A stretch of 60,844 nucleotides of DNA, counting the filler, from Asterionella formosa (taxonomy: Eukaryota), in assembly GCA_002256025.1 (NCBI GenBank). It is 6 parts of 6 records of this genome, joined end to end, with 100 filler letters (N's around TTAATTAATTAA, not from the genome) between each part and the next. Parts side by side here need not be neighbours in the genome. Positions count along the whole stretch, not along the records: positions 10,165 to 20,228 come from NKIB01009916.1; positions 20,329 to 30,391 come from NKIB01009921.1; 4 more parts are not named here. One strand, 5' to 3'. This document shows, in pieces, positions 11,481 to 23,982 of the stretch; the stretch's first letter is position 1, and each line of letters opens with the position of its first letter. The notes beneath the pieces were generated by a model that was not told the origin of the DNA, did no database searches, and saw nothing but the letters and a program-made list of their open reading frames with translations. A program made the translations under genes and the position numbers.

Positions 11481-14400
11481 GACAATCATTTTAAGGTTGA
11501 TGGCAAGAAGCTAATATCAATAATACTATATTCTTTAACCAACGTAAATATTTATTTTACTATTTAAACAAGAAACGAATACATTATTCAGTCCTACAGT
11601 AATAAAGAATTTCTGAAAATGTTCAAATGACTTGTTGGAAATCGAGCCAAAGAACTGCCATCATCGCAATTCACCTAAATGCAAATTGGAGTGCAAAGAA
11701 CGATGTTGATGGTGAAGCACTTCAATGACAGAAGCTACAGCATGTTTAAAAAAACATGCATGCAAACAATACAACGACAAAACCTTCACCAAATTGCACT
11801 ACTTACGTCATTTTGCATTAAACAAACAACCGGAGCTGACTGTTTCCATTCCAATCACACTCAACAATTCACTGATCCGTCAATTGCATCGAAAGGAGCC
11901 TTGAGACAGAGATGTTGTTTCTGAAGCAATCCTTAAATGAAAAGATTCACGATGATAGTTGAGAAATAACGCAAAGACAATTTGTTGTTATGTCCAAGAA
12001 AGTAAGAAAGTGTCAGGACCTACATGGCTCATACTATGGCGTGAAATCTATTCCTTAAACATGGCACCTTATCCATGATTGTGAGCATTCCCTGTTAAGC
12101 TGGAGATGAGTGAAATAGTGAGAAAATGGTTTCTGCAGATGCAAAGGATATGAATTATAACTTAGAGGTACTATTATTTTTGTAATGTTAACAATAGCAT
12201 CAAGACTCAATGATTTCCCAATATGCCAACCAACCAGCCACAATGGTAGACTCGCACAACACTGCAGACCGCGCCATTCTTTTTATGTGTTCATTTCACA
12301 AGAGTCTGGTACATTGTATTAGGAAATGAGCACAATTGTCCGCGCCCATTTTAAATTAATTATAGACTCGCTCTATCATCCTCATTCTTGCGCCACATAA
12401 ACTGTGAAATATGCCTAAAACAGCAAGGAAAACCGCATTAATGATAATGGAGTCTGCACGGTAGGTTCGATGCAATTAATGCATATTTTGAGCTTCTTCT
12501 TCTTACATTTCGTCCTCCTCTCTAAATTACAGCCTTCCATGAACGAAAATTCGAGGTTCAATAAAAAAATAAAGGTCGTTTTCACGGATTTGTTGTTGTC
12601 TCTTCTCCTGCTGGTATGTTGTTAGTTGTATCATTCTTTTGCATTGCTATTTGTCCATTGCAAACACTCACACAAGTAATCTAGCTCGTGCTTCAGAAAC
12701 AAAATGCCTTGTGACATTCCAGAGTCAAAATAGGATAAGAACACCAATGATTAGTCTGCGCGCTTTGCAATTGTTTTTTAAATTTAGCAACTCTCACCGA
12801 TTCATCGCTCTCCTATTTTCAGGAATCATTGTTTGTACTGCTACAATCACCTGTCAACATCCGGCCATGACCAAATGCTAGTGATTCAGCAGCTACTGCT
12901 GTGATTCAAGTGAAAATAATGGTTGGTACTAGAAAGACGACCAGAAGGAGGAGCAAGCAGCTTCTCTGACAACAAAGATAATACATTAGCAGCTTCGATG
13001 CAAAAGTTTGGTCAATGATTTGATGGCATGGGGAGGACAATTCGATTTGGATGAAGATTTCTGCTTGCCGGCTGGGATGCGACAAGGATCAGAGTGATGA
13101 AACAAAGTGAATTCCGCTAGAATTCAATTAATTTTTCGCAAGGCATCTACACATACACAAAGCTTCTAAAACTAATGTGATTACCTTGTACAAGAAATTT
13201 GTGCTTTTGTCGTCAAACTGATTATATCATCGATGTTTTCCTTGATGGTTCACTTCTTCTGGATACACTTGATTTTCGCCATATCCTTTGCCATCTCACG
13301 TCTGAGTTCATCTATTAGATCAGCCAATCGAAGGTTCAATTCTTGTTGGATGCATTTCATTTATTGGTTTATCCTTTACCACCCTAGTAGGTCTGTGTTC
13401 CTTTGGGTGTACTGCTGGCATCGTAAGAAAAGGAAACAAGAGCTCTACTACTCAAGAGACTTTGTTCTTCTTCTTTAGTGTCTAGTATGAATCCACTTCT
13501 CTCCAAACGAGAATTCGTCTCCTTGCCTTGGATATTCATGGCCACTGTCATCGATGATATGTCCTTACCACCAACATCTCGAGCATCTTGAATGAAAAAA
13601 CAAGGTAAACATGGTATGAAGTTGAGAACCACAAAAGTTAACATTGCACTGACTCATGGGCATTGGTGCTTTCTCCAATGAGAATAGCACCAGAAAATAA
13701 TGAGGCCTTGCTTAGTAATGAAGTATCTTTGAGTGTACACATGTTCAGCAAGTAACGAAAAATGTGCTAGACTGAAAAAGCCTAGAATCAAAGAAAAGTG
13801 CATCATCAATTTTTTGATTTTGCCAGGTTGCTGAAATACAAGTAAATCTGTTAATCCTCTCTGCAAATTTCTCACAGCATTAATAAGGGTTTTCTATTAT
13901 TCAACCTTCTGGTTTGTTTAATTGCGATACTGCCTATGAAATATGAGTGAAGATAGAAAATGTCAGGTGCATTAAATAGCAATAACAGACCAACACATTA
14001 TTATTCATCACCATCAGCCATTGCTAGCCAAGCACAATCATGCTTAAGGTATCAGCTGAACTCCACCAGCAGTAATCTATCATGTGTAATAACCTATAAT
14101 TCGCTATTTTACTCTACATATATGATGTATTCCGGTAATACTTGATCATAATATTGAGAATATAAACATGTGTTGCGCAATGAAGAATGTATACATATAT
14201 TTTTGAGGAGGAAGAACAGTAGAAACTCTTTGTATATTTATAGAAGCTATATCTACTACACTCCATGCTGGACGAGAATTGGCCCTCTAAAAATGGTAAT
14301 TTCGGTTGATTTTTGGATTTCAGGGATCCAACACGACTGCAAGGGACAGTTCTCCTCCAAATCTATGCCCTTTCCTCCCCCATGCTCCACAGAAAACCCT

Positions 14401-15252
14401 TGTTCCAGCCTTTCCAAGATCACCCTAATTCCTGAACATCTCACTGCCTCATGATTCCTTGAAATCTACCACATGTGACTGATTGCTGAGTATGTCTTCC
14501 TGCCTGATTTTCAATGCCCCCCATCAAGTCACCTCCCATGCCATTCCTCCTTCACATGGCATCATCTACTGTGCTTTATCTCGCAAAAAACGATAGGACA
14601 TTAGTGCAAACAACAATCCTCAACAGTTGCAACAATGATGGTTTTACAACACTATTTGGTGAGGGGGTAATTTTCCCTTTTCTCATGTTGATAAAGGCAA
14701 TATATATATTTAGCATACATTAGACTAGCTTATAGCGTTAAAATCCACTTCGTATTGCCCTGGCATCCGAATCCTATCCGTGAAGACAAGTGCTCCTTGT
14801 TTTGCTTGGAATCAATAAATTGCGGGCACGAAGACGTACGAAGCACAATTGTAATTACCGGTAGGTAGCAAAATTGCCTGCCGGTAAACTTGCGGGTGAA
14901 TGAAGCCCCCGCGTCACATGAATTTATGTATGATCGGTGAGTATGCAAAAGTACTCCGGTAGACCTATCGGTAAATACTCCTATGTATCGTACATATCGC
15001 TCAACAGGAGTGAAACAACGGCGAACTCCTTTTCCGCTAGGGTTAGGCTTAATCATTCTGGACTGTTATATCATACATACCGGTTGCTATAGCTGAAGGT
15101 TGTCCGGGTGGTTGATGAGGATATGTACTAGATAGATAGATATATTGTACGGTAGTTGAAGTTCCGAGTTGATCTCGGAGCTATGTACAGCTATGACAAT
15201 ACAAAAACGATCAAGCAGCACACATTCAAATGACACATGTATAACCGCCGCA

Positions 15253-15708
15253 ATGAAGATAGGATCTCTGAACGTTCTTGCTATCCTTACGATATTCCCA
15301 GCTCATACAACAGGATTCTGTGGGCCAATGATTTCAAGGAAGATGCCAATATTTGTCTCAAAGTCAATGAGTAGTGGTGACGATTCCATCGACGATATTC
15401 ATACGCAAGAAATGTTGATGGAAGAGTTGTCATGGGAGGGGCAAAACAAAATTGCATCCGTTTCCATATCAGAACGGGCAAAAAGAGCGCTCTTGGCTGA
15501 AGCTATTGAAGACCAAATCTTCAGATTGGCTGAGGAGCTTGAGGAGATTGTAGGAAGGAATGGATTAATCGACGACGACGACAAGAGGGAGGCGACAGCG
15601 CTTGCAACGAGAGCGAAAGAACTGAAACAGCAGTACCAAGACCTTGTTAGTGGAGCACCTTCATCGGTCCTCGCTGCGCTAGAATCTTTGGGAGACTCAT
15701 TGACGTAA
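15253..15708 (+). CDS. Plastid-targeted coiled-coil protein of unknown function (151 aa)
   Basis: Signal peptide MKIGSLNVLAILTIFPAHTTG|F has Phe at +1 (ASAFAP-type), followed by an S/R/K transit-like segment and a helical domain ERAKRALLAEAIEDQIF...QQYQDLVSGAPS. Confidence 0.75.
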   Translation: MKIGSLNVLAILTIFPAHTTGFCGPMISRKMPIFVSKSMSSGDDSIDDIHTQEMLMEELSWEGQNKIASVSISERAKRALLAEAIEDQIFRLAEELEEIVGRNGLIDDDDKREATALATRAKELKQQYQDLVSGAPSSVLAALESLGDSLT

Positions 15709-16195
15709 TTTGCCTGAGATCCCATGACACTCAAATTATCTGACCCTAGACATGCCAGCGCAAGGCTTGCTACAACCCTGTAGAGAGCTGACTTGTCCAA
15801 GATACAAGACTATAAATTATGTACGATTGGAGAAAATTACTACTCCTTCTCTATTAATTATCATGAACTCCCTTCTCTCTCGATCATTTTGCCAACACTT
15901 TGGCGTAATGCGTTTTCCTACTAACATTGAGGGTAATCTGCTTGACATGCTTGACTGTACATACAGACGAGTCAAAACAACCACAAAACGTGCGTATCTT
16001 ACTGGGAAGGTGCGCCATAAACAGCGGTTCTCACAAATACCCTAGTACCGAAACTTGGAACTCTAATAGTCTCATTAACCGAACCTTATCTGGGAGACTA
16101 CACTGTACTGTGTACTAGGTAGGAATACCTGCAGCTGCCAGTAGATACCTTCACCATTGTGGACGAATGCAAGCTCCCCGGTATATCTTAGAGCA

Positions 16196-16870
16196 CCTGC
16201 AAGTTGCCGTAATTTTGCTTCTTCATGCTGTTCATTCCCAGAACCAACAGATATTTCCCAACTTGGGAGCTGTTTAGAAATCAAAGTGAAACTTCCGACA
16301 GTTTTGCACCCACTGGCCGAAATAAACAAGACTGGACGAAATTCGATATTTTCAGACAATTTGGAATAAACAGGTTCCAACAAATAGAAATTGTTGGTTA
16401 AAGTACTCAGGGAAATTTAAGTCTAAGCAAATCGGCTAAACTTGTGCAGACATAGTCCTTAATTCCTATGTACATAGCTACTATGATGTCATCATGGAAA
16501 GAATGTAAGTTACTGGATCAGTCTCCTGGTATGTGCAAGTTGTTGTAATCTTGCTACATCGACAGCTTAAGTCTTCATGCCAACAAAATAGTGAATCGAA
16601 TTCCAAATTGATAAATGTGTATCTTTTTGATTTCTGTTTAATAAACCAACATGGCCGACTTGACTGTTTTAATTTATATTTAGCTTTAATTTGATTAAGC
16701 GCAAAATATTGAGACAAATCTGTTCTGCTTACTCTGCCATTTTCTTTCATACGTTTTGCTTAAAGTTATACTGTTTTACTTAAACTCAGTTTTCCTTAAA
16801 GCTGCTTGCTTAAAGTTGGTTTACTTAATTTGTGTTTGCTTAAAGTAGAAATTTTAAGCTTAATGATTGA
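16196..16870. mobile_element. Left end of a TIR DNA element with a TTGCTTAAAG subterminal array
   Basis: GCAAGTTGCCGTAATTTTGCT (16199..16219) matches the TIR of the MITE at 32501 with one mismatch. About six (T)TGCTTAAAG-like motifs lie at 16755..16865. Confidence 0.55.
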
Positions 16871-16989
16871 TGTCATCATTTCGATCCAGCTGCTGTACAC
16901 CCACGTACTTGCATAATGCATAATGTAGCTAATGATACCACTACATACCAAAAAAATAAGGTGAAGTAAACAATATATTGCCAACAAAA

Positions 16990-19900
16990 TATCAAACACA
17001 TACTAAGAAATTAGAACAACGAAGGCGTTCATAAATGACCACTTGTTGACAAAGTTGATGTGATAATTGTAGATCTGTAATCAGAGGAATGTTTAATATC
17101 ATGATATCATGTTGGAAAATCAAGGCTCCTCCTGTTGACATCCGAAGTGTACTATGAATGGTAGCTCTAACTTCACATGAAGTAGCAGCAAACCAAGAAG
17201 GATCACAATATTTTGAGCTTAAAATCATTAATTGGATCATCACCTTTTAGCATCACTCGAAGACTGTTGCTGACAACAGATTGATGTAAATGTTCTCAAA
17301 TAGCATTGGCTTGCTTGTGGATTCTAGAAACTGGTAGTAACATCTTTAATCCCATTCAAGACCAGCAGCATATGCATAAAGGAGTACCTGTAAATTAACT
17401 CCCATTGTCATGTATACAACGTTCTGGGCGCCGTGGATAAAGGGCTAACCAGTCACTCACGACTTTCAAAGCTATGCATATATATTTCGGATGGTGTTGA
17501 GCAGTTTCGTCATTAATACATTAAATTTCTACCAAATTAGTGAATTTATCAAAAATATACGTTAATGCACGAAATTCAATTGCTTGTGCAGCCACTTTTA
17601 TTTTCCGTAGACCGATTAAATCCACTTCAACTTCTGACCAACTTAAGAAACAAGGCATTTCGATTGGTAAGTTCATCATAAACAGTAACAAGGTAATTTG
17701 CACATTGACATGCTTTTCATGTATATACTGTATGTTCCACACGTGCTTTGAATGTTGGATGATAAAATTTGTAGCAAAAGTGGCATTCAATATTGTCATA
17801 CGCGCATAGGATAACATATGATGATAACAACTAATAATGGGATCCAAGAGGGCAGTAGGAGTATCAGTAAGCCAGATATCTTCGCTCTGGATTCTTCACA
17901 AAGCATACTAAATGTTTATCATTGAAATTGATAAGAAAGAAAATGTAATGGATGGGGTTGCTGGTTGAGAATTAATTGTGCATCTAGCAATAGTCTATCA
18001 TGTATCAGGTTGTAATCCAATGGTTATTGAATGTTGTCTGCTAATACTGGATGATTGATAAAACAACAAGTAAGAAGAGGTTCATCATCTAATTCAATTG
18101 ATATAGAATCAAATGCTGATGCTGATGTTAGACCCATATCTTCATCCCCACCAAGAAGCGAAAAGCCTCGGGAGGCGCGAGATAGAATCTGCAACAGCAT
18201 TATCTCTGCCCTTCATAAAATGAAAAGTAGGATTATATTCTTCGATAGAAAGGCGCCATGATAAAACACGTTGAATGTGTATGGTATTGTTAGTCAAATC
18301 ACGATTATCAGTGTGAACATGATTGAAGAATAGCTCCCAATAATAAAGGTTTCCAACATTGACAGTAATGTTTGTATAATTTTTTGTGCTGATGAAAGTT
18401 TTCGAGAATAATAAGCAACTGCTCGGTTAACATTTTGCATGATAATAATGAATCCTAATTGATAATCATAAGAATCAAGAAACAAGATATGGAAAGGAAA
18501 ATTGTGATCAGCATAACGCATAAGACTATCTGCGACCAGTAACACTTTCAAAGCATCAAATGAATGTTGATGAATAGGTAACCATAAATTGGACTAATCC
18601 GTTAATGTAATAAGAACATGTAAACCAAGAGGAAACATGTCCCGATTATAGGTACTAACTGCACCAAAAAAGAGCGAAATTTTTAACATAAGTCGGGGGA
18701 GACATATTATTTAAGGAAGCCAACACCTTTTTCTACCAATTTAGACGAAGGTTTGAGACCAGTAGGAGTTAACCAATGTTCCAACCAATCCGTTTCCTGT
18801 ACAGCCCATTCACATTTGGAAGAATTAATTATAAATCATGAGCTTGTAATCGAGCTAAGCAATAATTGTATTCAACGAATTCATATGATTGGAAAATGCC
18901 ACAGGGAAACAACCAAAATCATCAGAATAAAATTTCCAATTCATCTAGATCTCTAAATGCTTCCTGCATGGTTCATCCTTCAGAAATATCGAAAGATTGT
19001 TGACTAGCACCCATGGGTAAACGTTAATATGTGCAACCCAAATGGTGTAGAAATAACATTGCATAGAAAATTACAATTTAGTAAAGAGTGCATTGTAAAC
19101 AGCGAGTTGGGTGAGAATAGTTGCTTTTGCAGTTTGTATTAGAGATAAAGTATTAATATTCCGATTGATTGATTCATTTAATTCACGGAACAACTGCCAT
19201 CCTTTTGGGAATAGTGAATGTAGTAGCTGCCCATTTAGATGCACCACATCGTTGCAGTGCTCCAATATCACATAAACGTTGTAGCCAAATCGGTTTTGAA
19301 TATCTCTAAATGAATATGAGCAACAGGATAAGCGCATTTATGGGTATCAATTCTAATTAACTTCTTCATGAAAGCAAATTTTTAATTTGCCTTCAAATTA
19401 CGTTTGATATTTGGACAATATCATTTGTAATTGTGATCGTTGATCCACCGTCACATGAAGTTGTTTAGCCACCAGTGCAGTAATATCCACATGCAACTGG
19501 TGTATATGGTCCACATTACAGCAACGGCGGTGTCCAATCTGCAATTATCCTGTAGATAAACTATATTATACAGGTGAAGACTGATGTGAGACATGCTTGC
19601 CATGTCGTCATAAATAGCATCGCTATTATCGCATGTACATATGTTGCGGTGATCAGCATTCTTTTGCTGATGGATAGATGTCACGAACGGACCAATAGGA
19701 GGAGGTTTCATGACCATTCAAATTTCCTGGGCAAAAATATGATTCTTGGTAGGAACGGCTTTTGGTACAGTATAACCCCAACAGGATGAAGTATTGGGAT
19801 TATCCCATGCATTCAACAGGCACATGTTTAGCGGTGTCAGGATCTCCCTGTTGACCAACGCCCACTGCGACCACCAAAGTCCTCTCAACATCCACCAAAA

Positions 19901-20228
19901 CCCAACATCCAGCCACAGCAACGGGTACACCCATTAAGACCACCGGTATGGCAAGCCCGACCGCCTTGTGGCGTCTCTTCGGGTTCTGGAAGCAGTTGTC
20001 CCAAGTATGAGCACCTTTGGGACGTACTCCTGGGCAAGGGCCACAATAATCGACAGAATTCTGACTTGCTTGTAGGTCCTTATGTTTCACCATAGCTTTA
20101 CGATCCCATGGCCGGCAGCATTCACAATATCATGCACCCAGCCACAACCGCTTGGAGTGAAATTGTCGCCTGCGAATTGACGCCTGATCTTGATGTTGCA
20201 TCACATGATTGCCTTCAGCGATGCGAAG
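16990..20228 (-). mobile_element. Degenerate Ty3/Gypsy retrotransposon (gag knuckle, RT, RNase H, integrase)
   Basis: Minus strand reads C.PCPG...HTWDNCFQNP (gag); WAATTFTIPKKDG and [22 protein letters not shown] (RT); DYQLG...AVAYYSRKLSSAQK (RNase H); RALT.IFDKFTNLVEI, RCIHDNG, NPQANAI and VRATIHSTL (integrase). The order RT-RH-INT is diagnostic for Gypsy. Many stops and frameshifts. Confidence 0.9.
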
Positions 20229-20328
20229 NNNNNNNNNNNNNNNNNNNNNNNNNNNNNNNNNNNNNNNNNNNNTTAATTAATTAANNNNNNNNNNNNNNNN
20301 NNNNNNNNNNNNNNNNNNNNNNNNNNNN
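20229..20328. other. Artificial scaffold linker
   Basis: N44-TTAATTAATTAA-N44. Confidence 0.97.
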
Positions 20329-20439
20329 TAGCCTCGTCCTACTATAGTAAAAAATACGCCTGGATTTTATATTGAAAACAATCAACTAATGAGTCAACCA
20401 ATTCACTTGCCTGATGGAATTTTCATCTGTTGTGTCTTC

Positions 20440-21250
20440 CTCAATTCTGTGTGATTTGTACATTTGGAGCATTGTAGCAACTGCGTGGCAACCCATCGGT
20501 CCCATGCTTGTTCCGCCTCAAAAGAGCTCTTGGATCCCTTGAGTGTCATTGACTCCACATGACGTTTTTCTCCCTCTCAGTTCATCTTCTAGAATGGCTT
20601 CTGTTACTGATATCACTCCATCTGGCAATAATCGGTTTCCAGTCAAATACAGTTTGGTCACAGCGCAACCTCTCCTGATACCATCAGCCAACGCCATGGC
20701 TCCTTTTTCCCGCATGTGATTCCCCGCCAAGTAGAGCGTATGCAACGCAGATCCAAACAAAGCACGTGCCTATGATCTAATCCCATCATCGCCGACTTGG
20801 TTGAATCCAAGATCCAATGATCCCAAAGCGCGGTGTGCTGAAATCCCGACAGCCAACGTATTAAAACATACCTTCGTTGCCCAAGTTGTTGTAACCTGGT
20901 TTGAGATTGGAAAGATTTTAATTTTGCAGCAGGGCCACTTTGACTAAGAAGCGTGCGTCCAATGACTGCAATCCTCGCTGTGATAAATAATCTACCAATC
21001 GTGAGTACGGATGGAGTATTTGAGGGAAAAAAGCGCCAAGGTATTAGAACAACTGAGCCACGACACAGCGCAAGACAACAACACGCACTCGGGGTGCTTG
21101 TACCAGTACTTAACTTGGTTAGCTATTGTCGCATGAGTGCTGAGTGCTTCTGATAAGCGCTGAATGACACTCTCTCGAGTCGGCATTGCTTTGGCATGAT
21201 AGTGCGAGTTCAATTTGCCAATTTTACATTGACAATGCGCACTTACTTCA
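20440..21250 (-). pseudogene. RNI-like leucine-rich-repeat pseudogene
   Basis: Reads LGSLDLGFNQVGDDGIRS*ARALFGSALHTLYLAGNHMREKGAMALADGI...TKLYLTGNRLLPDGV...IQELF*GGTSMG. These are LxxLxLxxNxI repeats interrupted by in-frame stops and frameshifts. Confidence 0.75.
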
Positions 21251-21429
21251 GCTTACAGCGGCGATGTTTATGGTTGCGTCAATTTGGTGCATGAGGATGG
21301 CGAAAAATCTTTTCAATGTCATTTCTTGGCCAATTCATACCTTCTCAGCATATGTACCATACGTTACTTGAGTTGTCTTTCGCAATGATTTCTCCTCTAA
21401 AACAATTTTATCTTGAACTTTTAATATAT

Positions 21430-21900
21430 GTAGTTGTAACATCAACTAGTTTTGTCTTGGAAATCACTGAATGATTCTGAACCTTCACATGGAAACCTCG
21501 AAGAGTAGTCTTGTTCACTATAATAGTTCATATTATTTACGTGAAGTGCACAACTATAAATTGTAAATTGTTCATGCATGAAATAGTAAGACACAACAAA
21601 TATCCTTTCTATTTCACAAATAAAGATGCATGTAGTAAATGAATTAGCCACGAGAGCAGAATATTAGTTGAACTTTGAAATGAATTATTTGAAACATCAA
21701 CTAATTTAGTCTCGAGTTCAAAGTTCATTGTGAAAGTTTCACATGAAACCATTAAAAGTAACCTTTTTTATGGGAAGAGTGGCATTAATTCATGTCAAGT
21801 ACCCTATCATTAACACTCCTAAACATAAATGAAATTTCGAAAAGTGGCGTATTTCGTGGCTTAGATGTGAAATAATCATGTTATTTTGTGTATAGAATAT
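21430..21900. repeat. TTCAC/GTGAA motif array ending at GAGTG (21781), followed by CACTCC (21814): possible CACTA-like termini
   Basis: Dense ttcac/ttcat/gtgaaa motifs in AT-rich DNA next to CACTC-type termini. Confidence 0.35.
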
Positions 21901-22537
21901 GCTACGGTTTAGCAGTTGTTGTATTTCCAAGCAGCTGGAGAATCTTTTACCATCATGTCGTCACAACATTGACCATGATGAAAATAGTGAATATCTCAAC
22001 GAAAAACGAGAATGACGCTTTCATATTTGGTACACATATCAAGCACGACACAGACAGAACAATCATAAAAATATAATCTTATCACTAATATTGACAAAGA
22101 AAATTGAAGTTGCCACTGGCACGACATATTTTCATGTTATTTAGAGATGCGCAATTTTTAAACAATGACACTATGAGCAGATACGATACTTTTACAGTAG
22201 CTGCACAACATATAAGACTAAAACTACAGCATTAACATGGATGATCGAAGCAAAAGATGTGAAATAAGGGTTTTACCTACTAATGAGAATTGAATGATTG
22301 AGAATTGGCGATTTGTATACAGTGTGAAAGACTCTGGTATGCCATCAAAACTAGTACCGGTTTTGCCCTATAGTCATAGTAGTAATGTGCAGCAGGCCAT
22401 TCATACATACCACTACCCCTGATACATATGAAACCCGGTCTATTCTTGGCAAGCCATGTGTCAACAGGAGTGTACCAGTACCTCAATTTCCTACTGTAGT
22501 AGTGACATAGACTAGGCAGTATATACAAATGAATTAA

Positions 22538-22729
22538 GGGCTATGTTTGTCTACTAGTTTAGGCAAAATTTTAGTGTAAGGTTCCTGCATTTGAAACCCT
22601 AGGTAAAAATTAAAAAATTGCTTACGGTTGCCGAAACTTCCTGGAACTGGGAACGTTTATGTGCTAATTATCTAGGGGTTCCAAGGCAGGAACCCTAAAG
22701 CAAAATTTTGCTTAAACTAAAATAGTCCC
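22538..22729. mobile_element. MITE, PIF/Harbinger (Tourist)-like, 192 bp; partial second copy at ~22848..22920
   Basis: GGG...CCC ends with imperfect ~60 bp TIRs (tagtttaggcaaaatttt...ggttcctgc...aaccctaggtaa and its complement). TAA flanks both sides. Confidence 0.75.
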
Positions 22730-23982
22730 TAATTACTTTAACCCAAAATTATAATTTGTCACCTGTTTTTTTCCTATTTATCCAAATTTATCAAATTTTG
22801 TCCAGTCGGCTTTATATGGCCAGTGGGCAGATGTGTAAGCTTTGATTCTTAAGGTTGCTGCATTTGAAACCCTAGGCAAAAATTAAAATATTGCTTAGGG
22901 TTGCCGAAATTCCCTGGAATTAAGAATTTAATTAGCTATTTTAANNNNNNNNNNNNNNNNNNNNNNNNNNNNNNNNNNNNNNNNNNNNNNNNNNNNNNNN
23001 NNNNNNNNNNNNNNNNNNNNNNNNNNNNNNNNNNNNNNNNNNNNNNNNNNNNNNNNNNNNNNNNNNNNNNNNNNNNNNNNNNNNNNNNNNNNNNNNNNNN
23101 NNNNNNNNNNNNNNNNNNNNNNNNNNNNNNNNNNNNNNNNNNNNNNNNNNNNNNNNNNNNNNNNNNNNNNNNNNNNNNNNNNNNNNNNNNNNNNNNNNNN
23201 NNNNNNNNNNNNNNNNNNNNNNNNNNNNNNNNNNNNNNNNNNNNNNNNNNNNNNNNNNNNNNNNNNNNNNNNNNNNNNNNNNNNNNNNNNNNNNNNNNNN
23301 NNNNNNNNNNNNNNNNNNNNNNNNNNNNNNNNNNNNNNNNNNNNNNNNNNNNNNNNNNNNNNNNNNNNNNNNNNNNNNNNNNNNNNNNNNNNNNNNNNNN
23401 NNNNNNNNNNNNNNNNNNNNNNNNNNNNNNNNNNNNNNNNNNNNNNNNNNNNNNNNNNNNNNNNNNNNNNNNNNNNNNNNNNNNNNNNNNNNNNNNNNNN
23501 NNNNNNNNNNNNNNNNNNNNNNNNNNNNNNNNNNNNNNNNNNNNNNNNNNNNNNNNNNNNNNNNNNNNNNNNNNNNNNNNNNNNNNNNNNNNNNNNNNNN
23601 NNNNNNNNNNNNNNNNNNNNNNNNNNNNNNNNNNNNNNNNNNNNNNNNNNNNNNNNNNCAACGCACAGGGAGGATGAATCACATTCACATTTGGCCGAAG
23701 GTAGTCGCTGGTACTAACCTGGTACGTGGACTCTAACTGGTATCATGTGGAAAATTTTAAGTACGACGTCGGAGATTTTTTGCCGCATTTTCATTCAAGC
23801 AAACAACTGCCGGAGCACATGTAAGAACATTCTCCATATAGGCAATCTACACATACAACGAGGCTTGCACTCCTGCTTGTTCCCCTCTCTATTGCACAAT
23901 ATTACCTGTACCGTCTCTGGTAACCGGGACTGCTTGTTGCTGTTAGCTAGTTCAGCTGTTGGCTGCTGCGGAACATTCTGTA

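Noticed and set aside
12400..14000. Coding-like sequence on the minus strand (also 30950..31590, 41380..41860 and 54540..55600)
   Set aside because: It has multiple stops and no recognisable motif. It is probably decayed TE cargo and cannot be assigned.
22901..23688. Long ORFs running through N gaps (also near 27.5, 37.3 and 45.2 kb)
   Set aside because: Their length comes from X residues. The 898-aa TPR and 426-aa DUF6824 lengths are likewise inflated.
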